From Chiloscyllium plagiosum (taxonomy: Eukaryota), in assembly GCF_004010195.1 (NCBI RefSeq), contig NC_057716.1, positions 104,808,822 to 104,871,088 on the forward strand: DNA of 62,267 bases, in the 5' to 3' direction. The notes under the pieces were generated by a model. It was not told the origin of the DNA and did not search any database. It worked only from the letters and a program-made list of their open reading frames with translations. A program made the position numbers and the translations under genes. Shown here in pieces: positions 1 to 10,909 of the stretch (its first letter is position 1; each line of letters opens with the position of its first letter).

Positions 1-175
1 AATGTTGGGCCACGGGGCGGTTTGGTTGATTGGTGCGGGTATCCCGGAGATGTTCCCTAAAGCGCTCTGCTAGGAGGCGTCCAGTCTCCCCAATGTAGAG
101 GAGACCGCATCGGGAGCAACGGATACAATAAATGATATTGGTGGATGTGCAGGTAAAACTTTGATGGATGTCGAA
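1..175 (-). mobile_element. Penelope-like element fragment (GIY-YIG region)
   Basis: Reverse strand encodes the C-terminal GIY-YIG segment homologous to 56500-56700. Confidence 0.75.
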
Positions 176-1629
176 GGCTTTCGATGGGCTGAATGGCCTG
201 TTTCCACACTGTCGGGATTCTGTGACTAATCACCGGAATGGCATGGGTGATCTTATGAGGAAACGTTGCATGGACTGGGCCTGTAACCCCTCCCCCGCCT
301 CCCCACCGAGTTTAGGAAGAGCAAGAGACAACATTGCTGAGACTTCCCACGCCCTGAAGTGTTCTTGACAGGTGGGAGACGCGGGAGGATCTAAAATAAG
401 AGGGGGCACTGTTTAAAAATCAAGAGGCGCCCACTGAAAATGGAGTTGTTGCGTCTCAGAGAGTCATAGAGTTGTACGGAAACAGACCCTTCGGTCCGAC
501 GTCCTCGGGCAGCTCATTCCACACGTGCACCACCCTCTGCGTGAAAACGTTACCCCTCAGGTCCCAGAGCGCGGAAAAGGGGGCGGGGGGTGGGGGAAGG
601 GGCGAGGGGAGGGGGTCTTTATTACCGACGCACCTATCTACAAGGTGGACTGCAGCGACTCCCCCCAACGGCTCCTTCCAAACCCACACAAGCAGAAGGA
701 CGTAGGGAGTTTCCTTCTGTGCACCCTCCCCTCTTCCAACCCCACCTCCACCCCCCCACACACACACACACATACGCACACACATACCATCCCAACTGGG
801 AACGACGTGAGCTGTTCCTACAGTGGTCAGAAACTGCCTCCCTCACAGGGCACTGTGTCCCGACACGACACAGCGGCAGGAGGGGGAGGGAGGGGGGATT
901 GATTTACCGCAGCAGCTCGAGAAAGGGAGGCTTCACTCCCACCTTCCCGAGGCAGGGTGGCGATTTGGGGTCAAAACGCCCATTGGCGACGATGTCTGGA
1001 AGCACAGGGCCACGCCGCGCGGGAGAGGAACCATTCCCGGGAAAGTTGAAACATCTCCAGCCCTGAGCAACGACCTTCGTCCTGTTGGACAGACCCAAGG
1101 CTTCAGACCATCATCACATCCCGACAGGANNNNNNNNNNNNNNNNNNNNNNNNNNNNNNNNNNNNNNNNNNNNNNNNNNNNNNNNNNNNNNNNNNNNNNN
1201 NNNNNNNNNNNNNNNNNNNNNNNNNNNNNNNNNNNNNNNNNNNNNNNNNNNNNNNNNNNNNNNNNNNNNNNNNNNNNNNNNNNNNNNNNNNNNNNNNNNN
1301 NNNNNNNNNNNNNNNNNNNNNNNNNNNNNNNNNNNNNNNNNNNNNNNNNNNNNNNNNNNNNNNNNNNNNNNNNNNNNNNNNNNNNNNNNNNNNNNNNNNN
1401 NNNNNNNNNNNNNNNNNNNNNNNNNNNNNNNNNNNNNNNNNNNNNNNNNNNNNNNNNNNNNNNNNNNNNNNNNNNNNNNNNNNNNNNNNNNNNNNNNNNN
1501 NNNNNNNNNNNNNNNNNNNNNNNNNNNNNNNNNNNNNNNNNNNNNNNNNNNNNNNNNNNNNNNNNNNNNNNNNNNNNNNNNNNNNNNNNNNNNNNNNNNN
1601 NNNNNNNNNNNNNNNNNNNNNNNNNNNNN

Positions 1630-1812
1630 CAGGTTAGGGAGGATTGGCCGTGCTAAATTACCGATAGTGCCCAGGGATGTGCAGGTTAGGGTGGATTGGC
1701 CGTGCTAAATTACACATAGTGCGATGGGATGTGCAGGTTAGGGTGGATTGGCCGTGCTAAATTACCCATGGTGCCCAGGGTTGTGCAGGTTAGGGTGGAT
1801 TGGCAATGGGAA
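1630..1812 (+). repeat. 52-bp HE1-derived tandem repeat abutting a gap
   Basis: caggttagg at 1630, 1682, 1734, 1786. Confidence 0.85.
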
Positions 1813-2164
1813 ACCACTGTGCCGCCATCTGTGTCACCCTAATGAGAGAAGGAACGTGGCAAGATGGCGAGGAGAGGGGCTGGATGGGAACCGGGGAACA
1901 GAGAGAGAGAGAAAGGGGTGGATGGGGAGAGAGTGTGGGTGACAGGACGAGGGTATATTGAAAGAGGGGAGTGCGTATCAAGGGAAAGGTTACTGGAGGG
2001 AAATGGATGTGGAGCAGCAGGGAGTTGGAGGGGAATCGAAAGGGAATAATGAGGAGAGACAGTGAGTGGGTAGTAATTGGCAGGATTTGGGTGGGGAAAC
2101 ATATGGCTGAGGGAGGAAAGGGTGGTCTGGAAAAGAATGGAACGGCAGGGGAGGAACAGGGGAG

Positions 2165-2872
2165 GCTTCGGAAGAGATTTGCCAGGATGTTGCCGGGTGT
2201 GGAAGGTTTGAGTTATGGATAGGCTGGCAGTTTCTTCACTGGAGCATCGGAGGGTGAGAGGCGACCTTAGAGAGGTTTATAAAATAATGAACATTATAGA
2301 TACAGTTAATGGTAGCCGGATTTGCCATGGGAAATTGTCCTGCAGCGTCCGCAGACGTGCAGAGTTGGCGGGCTCGCCATGGGAAATGTCGGGTCACAGG
2401 GACTGGGAAGGAGGGGGGTGGGATGCTCTTCAGAGCTGATTTGCTTGCTTCCACGCCGCAAGGAGGTGGGGCTGTTTTCCCTGGAGCGTCAGAGGCTGAG
2501 GGGGTGACCGTATAGAGGTTTGTAAAATCATGAGTGGCATAGATAGAGTCAATGGACAAGGTCTTTTCCCTGGGACGGGGGAGTCCAGAACTAGAGGGGC
2601 ATAGGTTTAGGGTGAGAGGGGAAAGATATAAAAGACACCTAAGTGTCAACTTTTTCACCCAGAGAGTGGTACGTGTATGGAATGAGCTGCCAGAGGATGT
2701 GGTGGAGGCTGGTACAATTACAACATTTAAGAGGCATCTGGATGGGTATATGAATAGGAAGGGTTTGGAGGGATATGGGCCGGGTGCTGGCAGGGGGGAC
2801 TAGATTGGGATGGGATATCTGGTCGGCGTGGACGGGTTGGACCAGAGGGCCTGTTTCCGCGCTCTATAACTC
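2165..2872 (+). mobile_element. CR1/HER1 LINE 3' fragments
   Basis: RFARMLPG, RRxRGDL and FFTQRVVRVWNELPE motifs, followed by the HER1-type tail. Confidence 0.85.
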
Positions 2873-3879
2873 AGTATTATTCAGTTTGTTTTCACCGGGA
2901 CACAGCTTCTCCAGAAACAAAGACAGAATTTGTTGGAGATGGGTTAACTCTGCTTTCTCTCCACAGGTGCTGCCAGACCTGCTGGGATTTTTCCAGCAAT
3001 TCCTGTCTTCGTTTCCGGTTTCCAGTTCTTTCAGGTTTTTGTTTCAGAGGCTGGTGACCTTTGGGGAGAAGTCACGTGACTGTGGACCAATCATATCTGG
3101 GTGAGGTTAATCTGTTCTCTACTTAATTGCCTTGAAGTCCAACCAGAGGTTTGTGTTGGAGGCATGAAGATGGTTGTGAGGGGGAAATTAAAGAACATAA
3201 CAGAGTGATGATGTAAGTGCTGAGTTGTTGTATGGGAACCCAGTTGACAGTCGATTCTGGTCAGTGTCAGGGAACTCTAAGATGGTTCTTTTTCCCCGAA
3301 TGGAAGATGCATGCTCTGAATACCCCTGTTTACTATCTTGCTCCTCGATATCCATGGCCTCTTTCCTCCCATGTTGGAATAGGAGGAAGCCATTTGGGCT
3401 GGTGAGTGAGGAGGCTGTGTGGCTCTGCTGGTTTGTAATTTGGGCAAATGGGAGGAAGCCATTTTGCCTTTGAGTACAGCATCAAGGACAGGAAGAGGAG
3501 GCCTGGAAATGTACTGGAGAACGTCAGCTGGCCTGGTAGCGTGAGAAACTGGGTTGACGTTTTCAATTCGATCTTCCGTGGATACTGCCAGACCTGATTT
3601 CTGTTTAAACCTTTGGCCTGCACTGCCTGCAGTACTTGGCTTTGTTGCTTTTGGAGGCTCCTTCACAACAGCCCCTTCTGTTTCTCAACTCCTACCTCCG
3701 GAAAGGGGACAAATTTCATTTATTTGGTCTGGGGGTGGCATTGGGTAAGGCCACTCAGTTCCTTGAAGCCTGCGATGACCATGAAACAGCAACAGACCTT
3801 CAAATCAGTTTGGCAAGTGTTGGGCTGCCTCATTGGAGAAATGGGTGATGGTGGCAGGAAAAAGTAGGTGGTGAAGGTC

Positions 3880-4140
3880 ACTTGACTAGAAATTCAAAAC
3901 TCCCGGTTAATGTTCCAGTGGCTTGGGTTTGACCTCTGCTGTGGCCGGTGGGTGAAATTTGAATTGCGTAAAACACTGGCCTAATGGTAGTCATGTACCA
4001 ATTGTTGTCGGGGAGGGGTAAGTCCATCTGTTTCATGAATGGCTTTGGCGGGGAAGGTGATTTGCCATCCTTGTGTTGTCTGGCCTACGTGTGACTGACT
4101 CTTAACTGTCCTCTGGGCAATTTACAGATTGGAATCAAAG
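3880..4140 (+). mobile_element. Old SINE remnant (SacSINE/CR1-tail type; related copies at 30060-30320 and 56805-56940)
   Basis: Shared gtctggcctacgtgtgact / actcttaactgtcctctgggcaat motifs; family assignment tentative. Confidence 0.45.
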
Positions 4141-4429
4141 CCACAGAAACTTAAGCTTTTTAAAAAGAAACACAAAAGGGGAGGATTTGTATTTGAATGA
4201 AGTTCGGGCATACAGGGGAGGAAAATCCCATTGCTTTTCGGTCAATGGGAGAGGGGATCAAATATGGTGGGCCCCCAGACATCAAGCAAATGATGTCTCC
4301 TTGTCTATCCAGATGGCCTGAGTCAAGAATATGTAGCAGAAAGTTCGTAAAATTTTGTTTATTTATCTGTTCCAAACAGTTTGTAGTCCATGTTGAGTGG
4401 TATTAGTTGAACAGTGAATGGTGTCAATA

Positions 4430-5420
4430 CAGCTCTGCCACCCTTAAAGATGGCCGCCAAAACCGGTAGGCTACCGCTGAGAGTTGGCTAGTACCACCTA
4501 TTGTGCCCCAAACAAAGATGGCGAAACCCCGCCAATGTCGATGGCAGGGTATCTCCCGGTACGCCCTAAACCAAGATGGCGTACGTTCCCATTCCCGCGT
4601 CGACCGCAGACGCGTATTGAACCCAGTGTGCCCCTTAACAAAGATGGCGCACTTCAGCTCCCAATGGGTCATGGGATGCGTATTCGACCCCCGTTCGCCC
4701 TAAACAAAGATGGCGCTCGCTAACGCAAATGAGCCTGAAGCGAAAGGTATGCCAGCACAGGAAGTGACGACAAGACAACCTCCCCCCCCCGGATGACTTC
4801 GCCAATTTGGCGAATTTTCAACCTGCGACCGGCGGTTTAAAACACCAGTTCGTTTACCAACCTGTGGACGGTAGAGTTGGGGGATGAGGAAGGAAGAAAC
4901 GATTTGCTGCGAGGCAGCGTGGAGGAGGCGGAGTCAAGATGGCGACCGGAAGCTAGTTGAGTCTGGCGACGGTTGGAAAGTGTGTGGGGGAGTGGGGGGG
5001 GATTAATAAAGGGAGGATTGGGTTTTCCCGCGTCGCTGAGCGGCGGGACGGGAGAGGTATTAACCGTCCTCGCTCAGACCGAAGAGACGGGGCGGACCGA
5101 GAGCGTCGGTGGGTTCACCACCACCACAACGGACGGCGATTGGTCTGGCGGTGACGGGAAGTGACGGTTTGCGGCGGCCATCTTGTTGCGGGGCACCCCC
5201 ATCCGCCGCAGTGGTTGCCCGTTGCGAGAGCGGGGCGTCACTCAACTTTATTGAGCGAGGGAGGGAGGGAGGACAGGGGCTGCCCCTCACCCCCAGAACC
5301 AAGATGGCGGCGGAGGGCAGGGAGACAACAACAACAACAACCACCACCTCCACCTTAACAAGCACCGCCGGCTCTGGGCAGCCCTGAAGGGCAGACACTT
5401 CCCCTTCCCAGGCGCCCAGC
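4430..5420 (+). promoter_or_regulatory. DCAF8: CpG-island promoter of DCAF8 with YY1 and ETS/GABPA motifs
   Basis: CpG-dense. AAGATGGC at 4447, 4515, 4573, 4641, 4707, 4936, 5301 and in reverse at 5177. GGAAG ETS cores at about 4760, 4948, 5157; reverse CCAAT at about 5139. Confidence 0.75.
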
Positions 5421-5734
5421 AGCACCTCCTTTTTATTTCTTCTTTCTTTCTCTCCCCCCCCGTCTCTTCCATTTCCTTATTTGTTTCGGAAAACCAGTTT
5501 TTTTTTAAAAAGAGAAAAACAACAAAAACAAAAACACAGTTCGTTGGCTTAGCTACAACAACAACCCCTCACCCCCCCCCTCCAATAATCTGATCTCTCT
5601 CTCTCCTTTTTTTATTTGTTTAAAATTCCTCCTTCCAAAAAGATTTCCCTGGGGGGGGGGGGGGGAGGTGGGGGTTAATTTTGACAAAAGAATCTAATGA
5701 CAATGAGGCAATATTCACTTTAACTGAGGCGAGG
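4920..5734 (+). other. DCAF8: Candidate non-coding first exon of DCAF8 (start uncertain)
   Basis: Lies downstream of the promoter motifs and ends at a strong donor, GG|GTAAGT at 5735. Confidence 0.45.
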
Positions 5735-6099
5735 GTAAGTATTCTCCAGCCATGGGGTTTGGCTTNNNNNNNNNNNNNNNNNNNNNNNNNNNNNNNNNNN
5801 NNNNNNNNNNNNNNNNNNNNNNNNNNNNNNNNNNNNNNNNNNNNNNNNNNNNNNNNNNNNNNNNNNNNNNNNNNNNNNNNNNNNNNNNNNNNNNNNNNNN
5901 NNNNNNNNNNNNNNNNNNNNNNNNNNNNNNNNNNNNNNNNNNNNNNNNNNNNNNNNNNNNNNNNNNNNNNNNNNNNNNNNNNNNNNNNNNNNNNNNNNNN
6001 NNNNNNNNNNNNNNNNNNNNNNNNNNNNNNNNNNNNNNNNNNNNNNNNNNNNNNNNNNNNNNNNNNNNNNNNNNNNNNNNNNNNNNNNNNNNNNNNNNN

Positions 6100-6151
<52 letters not shown>

Positions 6152-6436
6152 GAGAGAGAGAGAGTGGTTTGTCCCCTTCATCACGTCTCTGTTTCATCAC
6201 GTGCCGTGCTGGGGCAAGTGAGTTAACCCCAGTGAGGAAGTGAGGACCAGTGTCGCCCAAACCGGGTGCAGACATCCTGGATTTCCTCTTTCCCCCTTCA
6301 CCTCTGACAGGGTGGTGTTCCCTGGTCTGAATTTTGGGTCGGGAGGGTTGAGATGTGACTGTCACTGATCCTGTTCTCTTGCTCAGTGTCTTCTCCCTGT
6401 TCCCTCTGTGACTAACGTTGTCCTGTTGTTTTGCAG

Positions 6437-6460
6437 CGAGAGAAGTTGGATCCGCAACAG
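6437..6460 (+). other. DCAF8: Candidate 24-nt 5'UTR micro-exon
   Basis: Branch-point-like gactaac at 6410-6416, pyrimidine tract, ttgcag acceptor, CAG|gtaaat donor. Confidence 0.55.
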
Positions 6461-7321
6461 GTAAATGTCAGCCTTTCGGCGTTCCTCCATTTCGATCACT
6501 TTCTTTTGAAATTATTCCTTTTTTTTTAAACCTCTGTGCCAGATGTCAGTTTGTGTCTTTTCCCAGCTGCCATCAGTTCTCTGAGGGTCACTGGAACTGA
6601 AATGTTAACTCTGCCTTCTCTGCGTGGATGTTGAGATTTTTCCACTTGTTTATTTGTTAACGAGCAATCCCAGGCATGAGGAACCTGAGTGGGGTGCGTA
6701 GATTGGACGGCTGCAGGTTGGGTGGCTCCTGGTTTCTAAAAGCATTGAGAACAAAAGGGCCAGAATTCAGTCAGACAAGGAAACTTTTCTCTGGCTCAGA
6801 GGGTGGTTCTGGTCGGGAATGTGCAGCTTGGATGTGATGGAGGCTCAGCACTCTTTTGATGAAGGTGTTTATTCTCCTCTCTGCCCTAAAAAATGTCCTT
6901 CTCTTTCGGCCTGTGACCCCTGGTTTAGGATTCCCAATCGTCTTCCTGCATTTACCCTGTCCAGTCCTGTTCAAATGTAATGCTCAAAAGGAAGTTGAGA
7001 CTGTGTGTGTGTTCTCAAGAAACAGGAAGGATGTGACCTGATGGACTGACTGGCCTGCTTCTACACTAACTATCCTGTGTGCCTACTTTGGAGCAGAACT
7101 CCCTTCCTTTCATTCTGCTAACAACCCTCACTTTGGATGTAGAAATATCGTTAAGATGAGCAGGAGTAGGCTCCTTCCCCATTCCATAAGATCTGGGCTG
7201 GTTATCCATCAAAGTCCCCTGTTTGTCGTTTTCTCTCCTTTTTTTTTCACCCCCCCCCCCCCTTTGATCCCTTGGTCTCCTTCCTATTGGAAAGATGTTG
7301 TGAAACTTGAAAGGGTTCAGA

Positions 7322-7536
7322 GCTGAAAGATGTTGCTGGAAAAGCGCAGCAGGTCAGGCAGCATCCAAGGAATAGGGGAATTGATGTTTCTTGCATAAGC
7401 CCAATTCCTGAAGAAGGGCTTATGCCCGAAATGTCGATTCTCCTGCTCCTTGGATGCTGCTGGACCTGCTGTGCTTTTCCAGCAACACATTTTTCAGCTC
7501 TGACCTCCAGCGTCTGCAGTCCTCACTTTCTCCTAG
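7322..7536. mobile_element. Fold-back non-autonomous Penelope-terminus element (family A) inserted in CR1
   Basis: Inverted arms; 15-bp TSD ttgaaagggttcaga at 7307-7321 and 7537-7551; hammerhead core at 7408-7435 with one substitution. Confidence 0.75.
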
Positions 7537-7659
7537 TTGAAAGGGTTCAGAAAAGATTTACAAGGATGTTGCCAGGGTTGGAGGATTTGAGCTACAGGGA
7601 GAGGCTGAACAGGCTGGGACTGTTTTCCCTGGAGTGTCGGAGGCTGAGGGGTGACCTTA

Positions 7660-7967
7660 GATTAGATTAGATTACAGTGTGGAAACAGGCCCTTCGGCCC
7701 AACAAGTCCACACCGACCCGCCGAAGCGAAACCCACCCATACCCCTACATTTACCCATTACCTAACACTACGGGCAATTTAGCATGGCCAATTCACCTGA
7801 CCCTGCACATCTTTGGACTGTGGGAGGAAACCGGAGCACCCGGAGGAAACCCACACAGACACGGGGAGAACGTGCAAACTCCACACAGTCGCCTGAGTCG
7901 GGAATTGAACCCGGGTCTCTGGCGCTGCGAGGCAGCAGTGCTAACCACTGTGCCACCGTGCTGCCCA
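7660..7967 (-). mobile_element. HE1 SINE (full length)
   Basis: tRNA-like head ggcagcacggtggcacagtggttagc..gggttcaattccc, V-SINE core, HER1 tail and (tctaa)n. Confidence 0.9.
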
Positions 7968-8824
7968 CTATCGGCCTTATAGAGGTTTACAAAATTGAGG
8001 GGCATGGATAGGATAAATAGACAAAGTCTTTTCCCTGGGGTCAGGAAGTCCAGAACTAGAGGGCATAGGTTTAGGGTGAGAGGGGAAAGATATAAAAGAG
8101 ACCTAAGGGGCAACTTTTCCACCCAGAGGGTGGTACGTGTATGGAATGAGCTGCCAGAGGATGTAGTGGAGGCTGGTACAGTTACAGCATTTAAATGGCG
8201 TTTGGATGGGTATATGAATAGGAAGGGTTTGGGGGGATATGGGTCAGGTGTTGGCAGGTGGGACTAGATTGGGTTGGGATATCTGGTCGGCATGGACGAG
8301 TTGGGCCGAAGGGTCTGTTTCAATGCTGTACATCTCTCTGACTTCATCTCCTTCAATGTTTTGGCCTCAACAGCTTCCCTGTTGGGATTCCACAGGCTCC
8401 CCACTCTTTTGATGAAGGTCTCCTCTCTGCCCTAAAAAGTCCTTCTCTTTCGGCCTGTGACCCCTGGTTTAGGATTCCCAATAATCTTCCTGCATTTACC
8501 CTGTTCAGTCCTGTTCAAATGTAGTCCGTTTTGAAGAGCTATAACCTCTCATGCTGCTTGATATACTAAAGGTTTGTTTAGTCACCTTGTTCCTTGTTGT
8601 TTATTCTTCCCCCCCCCCTTTCACTTTCAGCAGCATAAAAGTCAACACTGTTCTCTGTCCATGAACGAGAGGCCTGTGAAATAAGGGGCAGGCTGTTCAA
8701 GCCTTTAGAAAGATCACTGCTAATCTGATGATCACCTTAAACTCCACGTGACTCCAAGAAGTCCTGGCTGCAATGTCTTCAAGAATCTATGTCCCTCTGC
8801 CGTTTAAAAGTATTCAATAGAATC

Positions 8825-9312
8825 CCGACAGTGTGGAAAGAGTCCCTTCAGCCCAACAAGTCCACACCCAGAGCCATTCCCTGACCCTGTTACTCTACGT
8901 CTGCCCCTAACGAATGCTCCTAACTTAGAAGGAAGTGAGGACTACAGATTAGAATCGAAGAGTGTGGCGCTAGGAAAGCACAGCCGGTCAGGCAGCATCC
9001 GAGGGACCAGGAGAGTTGTAGTTTCGGATAAAAGCCCTTTATGCCCGAAACGTCAACTCTCCTCCTCGGATGCTGCCTGACCGGCTGTGCTTTCCTAGCG
9101 CCACGCTCTTTGACTCTAATGTAGCAAACCTACACTGAACCACTGCTGTTTCACCCTAACCTGCCCATCTTTGGACTGTGGGAGGGAACCCACGCAGTCA
9201 CGGGGAGAACGTGCAAACTCCACACACACGCACAGTCGCCCGAGGCTGGAATCTAACCCGGATCCCTGGTGCTGTGAGGCAGCAGTGCTAACCACTGAGC
9301 CATTGTGCTGCC
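8825..9312 (-). mobile_element. HE1 SINE split by a fold-back element
   Basis: Tail at 8825-8925, head at 9150-9312. Confidence 0.75.
8928..9118. mobile_element. Fold-back family A element inserted in an HE1 SINE
   Basis: Inverted arms (gcacagccggtcaggcagcatcc / ggatgctgcctgaccggctgtgc); the CUGAUGA box has been lost. Confidence 0.7.
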
Positions 9313-9845
9313 CTCTCTCTGGGAAGAGTTCCACCGACCTAAAACGCCTGTGGTGAAAGTTCCTACTTTTCGAATGATCAGATTTGTTTCAAAATGGCCA
9401 TCCCTCTTGCTCTAGCCTCCACGGCAGGGAAATATCCCCAGGGTCTTTGACGTTCCAATCGGATCATGCTTGTTCTTCCGAACTGCGATGGATGCAGATG
9501 CAGTCTGTCCAGTTTTTCCTCGGAACGATTACCTCCTCTGTTCCAGGGATCATCCGCTGAACCGCTTTTGAAGCGGTTTGGCCTTCCTCTCAACCAGGAG
9601 ACAAAAGTCACATTGGACTGTCCACATTGACTCCTGTGTGCTCTCGCTCTCGCTCTCGCTCTCGCCGGATGCGACCAGACCTACGGATCTTTTCCAGCAC
9701 TTTGTTATTTACACCTTCCAGTGGTCGCCGTTTCTTTTGTTAACGACAGGTAAAAAGATCGTGCTTTCCTGTTTTCGCATGAAACGTGTTGAGCTGGTTG
9801 ATCATTTGACAGGAACCTTGACTTGTTAAATTTTTATTTTAACAG

Positions 9846-9869
9846 AGCCAGCAGTCAATCCTGGAGCAG
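9846..9869 (+). other. DCAF8: Candidate 24-nt 5'UTR micro-exon
   Basis: T-rich tract with aacag acceptor; consensus donor CAG|GTAAGT. Confidence 0.55.
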
Positions 9870-10239
9870 GTAAGTACGACTCCCCTTTGGTACGTTTCAT
9901 GTGCGTTTGCAGATGGTGTGTACACTTAAATGTCGAAGCAGAAGCTTGCGGTCAGGCTGATAGTATTTTCTGAAGCTCCTGAGCAGTTGGTTGCAATTCA
10001 GGGGCGAGATTATGTTCTTTCTAGTTAAATTGCGATCTCCCCTTCACTTGGGGGTTTTGAGAGATTCGGTGCAGCAAATGTGAGCAATGATGTGTAGAAT
10101 TTAATAGGGAATACAGAAAACTAACTCTTAACCAAAATGCGCTCATCCCAATTAGTGTTTTGATATGGAGCCAAACCAAATCAGCCTTTCTATGTTTGCA
10201 ACACAGTGCTATTAAAACTTGGCTAAACCTGAGCGGGTT

Positions 10240-10705
10240 GAGAAGATTTACAAGGATGTTGCCAGGGTTGGAGGGTTTGAGCTACAGGGAGAGGCTGAAC
10301 AGGCTGCGGCTGTTTTCCCTGGAGCGTCGGAGGCTGAGGGGTGACCTTTTATAGAGTTTTGTAAAACCATGTGGGGTGTGGCTAGAGTAAATAGACAAGG
10401 TCTTTTTTTTAACCCCAGAGTGGGGGAGCCCAAGACTAGAGGGTGTACCTTTTAAAGTGAGAGGGGAAGACTTTTTTTTTAAAAGGGACCTGAGAAGTAT
10501 TATTTTCAGAGGGTGGTGCGTGTGGGGAGTAAGCTGCCAGAGGAAGTGGTGGAGGCGGGTACAATTACAGCATCTGAAAGGCACCTGGATGGGGATATGA
10601 ATAGGAAGGGGTTAGAGGAATATGGGACTATAATAATTTTTAGGATGTCTGTTTGGCACGGATGAGTTGGACCGAAGAGTCTGTTTCCACGCTGTACATC
10701 TGACT
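10240..10705 (+). mobile_element. CR1/HER1 LINE 3' end
   Basis: RRFTRMLPGLEGLSYRERLNRL..RRLRGDL. Confidence 0.88.
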
Positions 10706-10838
10706 CTTTCAAAGGCTTTCGAAGTTGACCCCAGTGATTCCTCAAGGAGAAAGTGAGGTCTGCAGATGCTGGATCACAAAGTTGAAACTTTATTGCTGGA
10801 ACAGCACAGCAGGTCAGGCAGCATCCAGGGAACAGGAG

Positions 10839-10874
10839 ATTCGACGTTTCGGGCACAGGCCCTTCTTCAGGAAA
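10839..10874 (-). ncRNA. Hammerhead motif, family A (left arm of fold-back)
   Basis: Reverse strand reads UUUC-CUGAAGA-A-GGGC-CUGU-GCCC-GAAA-CGUC-GAAU. Confidence 0.65.
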
Positions 10875-10877
10875 GGC

Positions 10878-10909
10878 CTGAAGAAGGGCCTGTGCCCGAA
10901 ACGTCGAAT
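10878..10909 (+). ncRNA. Hammerhead motif, family A (right arm of fold-back)
   Basis: CUGAAGA-A-GGGC-CUGU-GCCC-GAAA-CGUC. Confidence 0.6.

Larger units (their letters stand above)
7272..8342 (+). mobile_element. CR1/HER1 LINE 3' end carrying two nested insertions
   Basis: LERVQKRFTRMLPG..RRLRGDL..TRGHRFRV..VWNELPE. Confidence 0.9.

Noticed and set aside
823-1708. Long ORFs spanning N-runs (also at the other gaps)
   Set aside because: Their length is an artefact of X codons.
4436-4716. Repeat-spacer pattern resembling a CRISPR array
   Set aside because: Vertebrate CpG island, imperfect short repeats matching the YY1 motif, and no cas genes.
6100-6150. 51-nt poly-G as a G-quadruplex element
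   Set aside because: It abuts a gap and is likely a sequencing or assembly artefact in length.
7890-7967. tRNA genes (A/B boxes) here and at other HE1 heads
   Set aside because: These are tRNA-derived SINE heads continuous with the V-core and LINE tail.
9722-9749. Third micro-exon (ttccag ... CAG|gtaaaa)
   Set aside because: The acceptor derives from a decayed repeat and the donor is weak; not supportable without reads.
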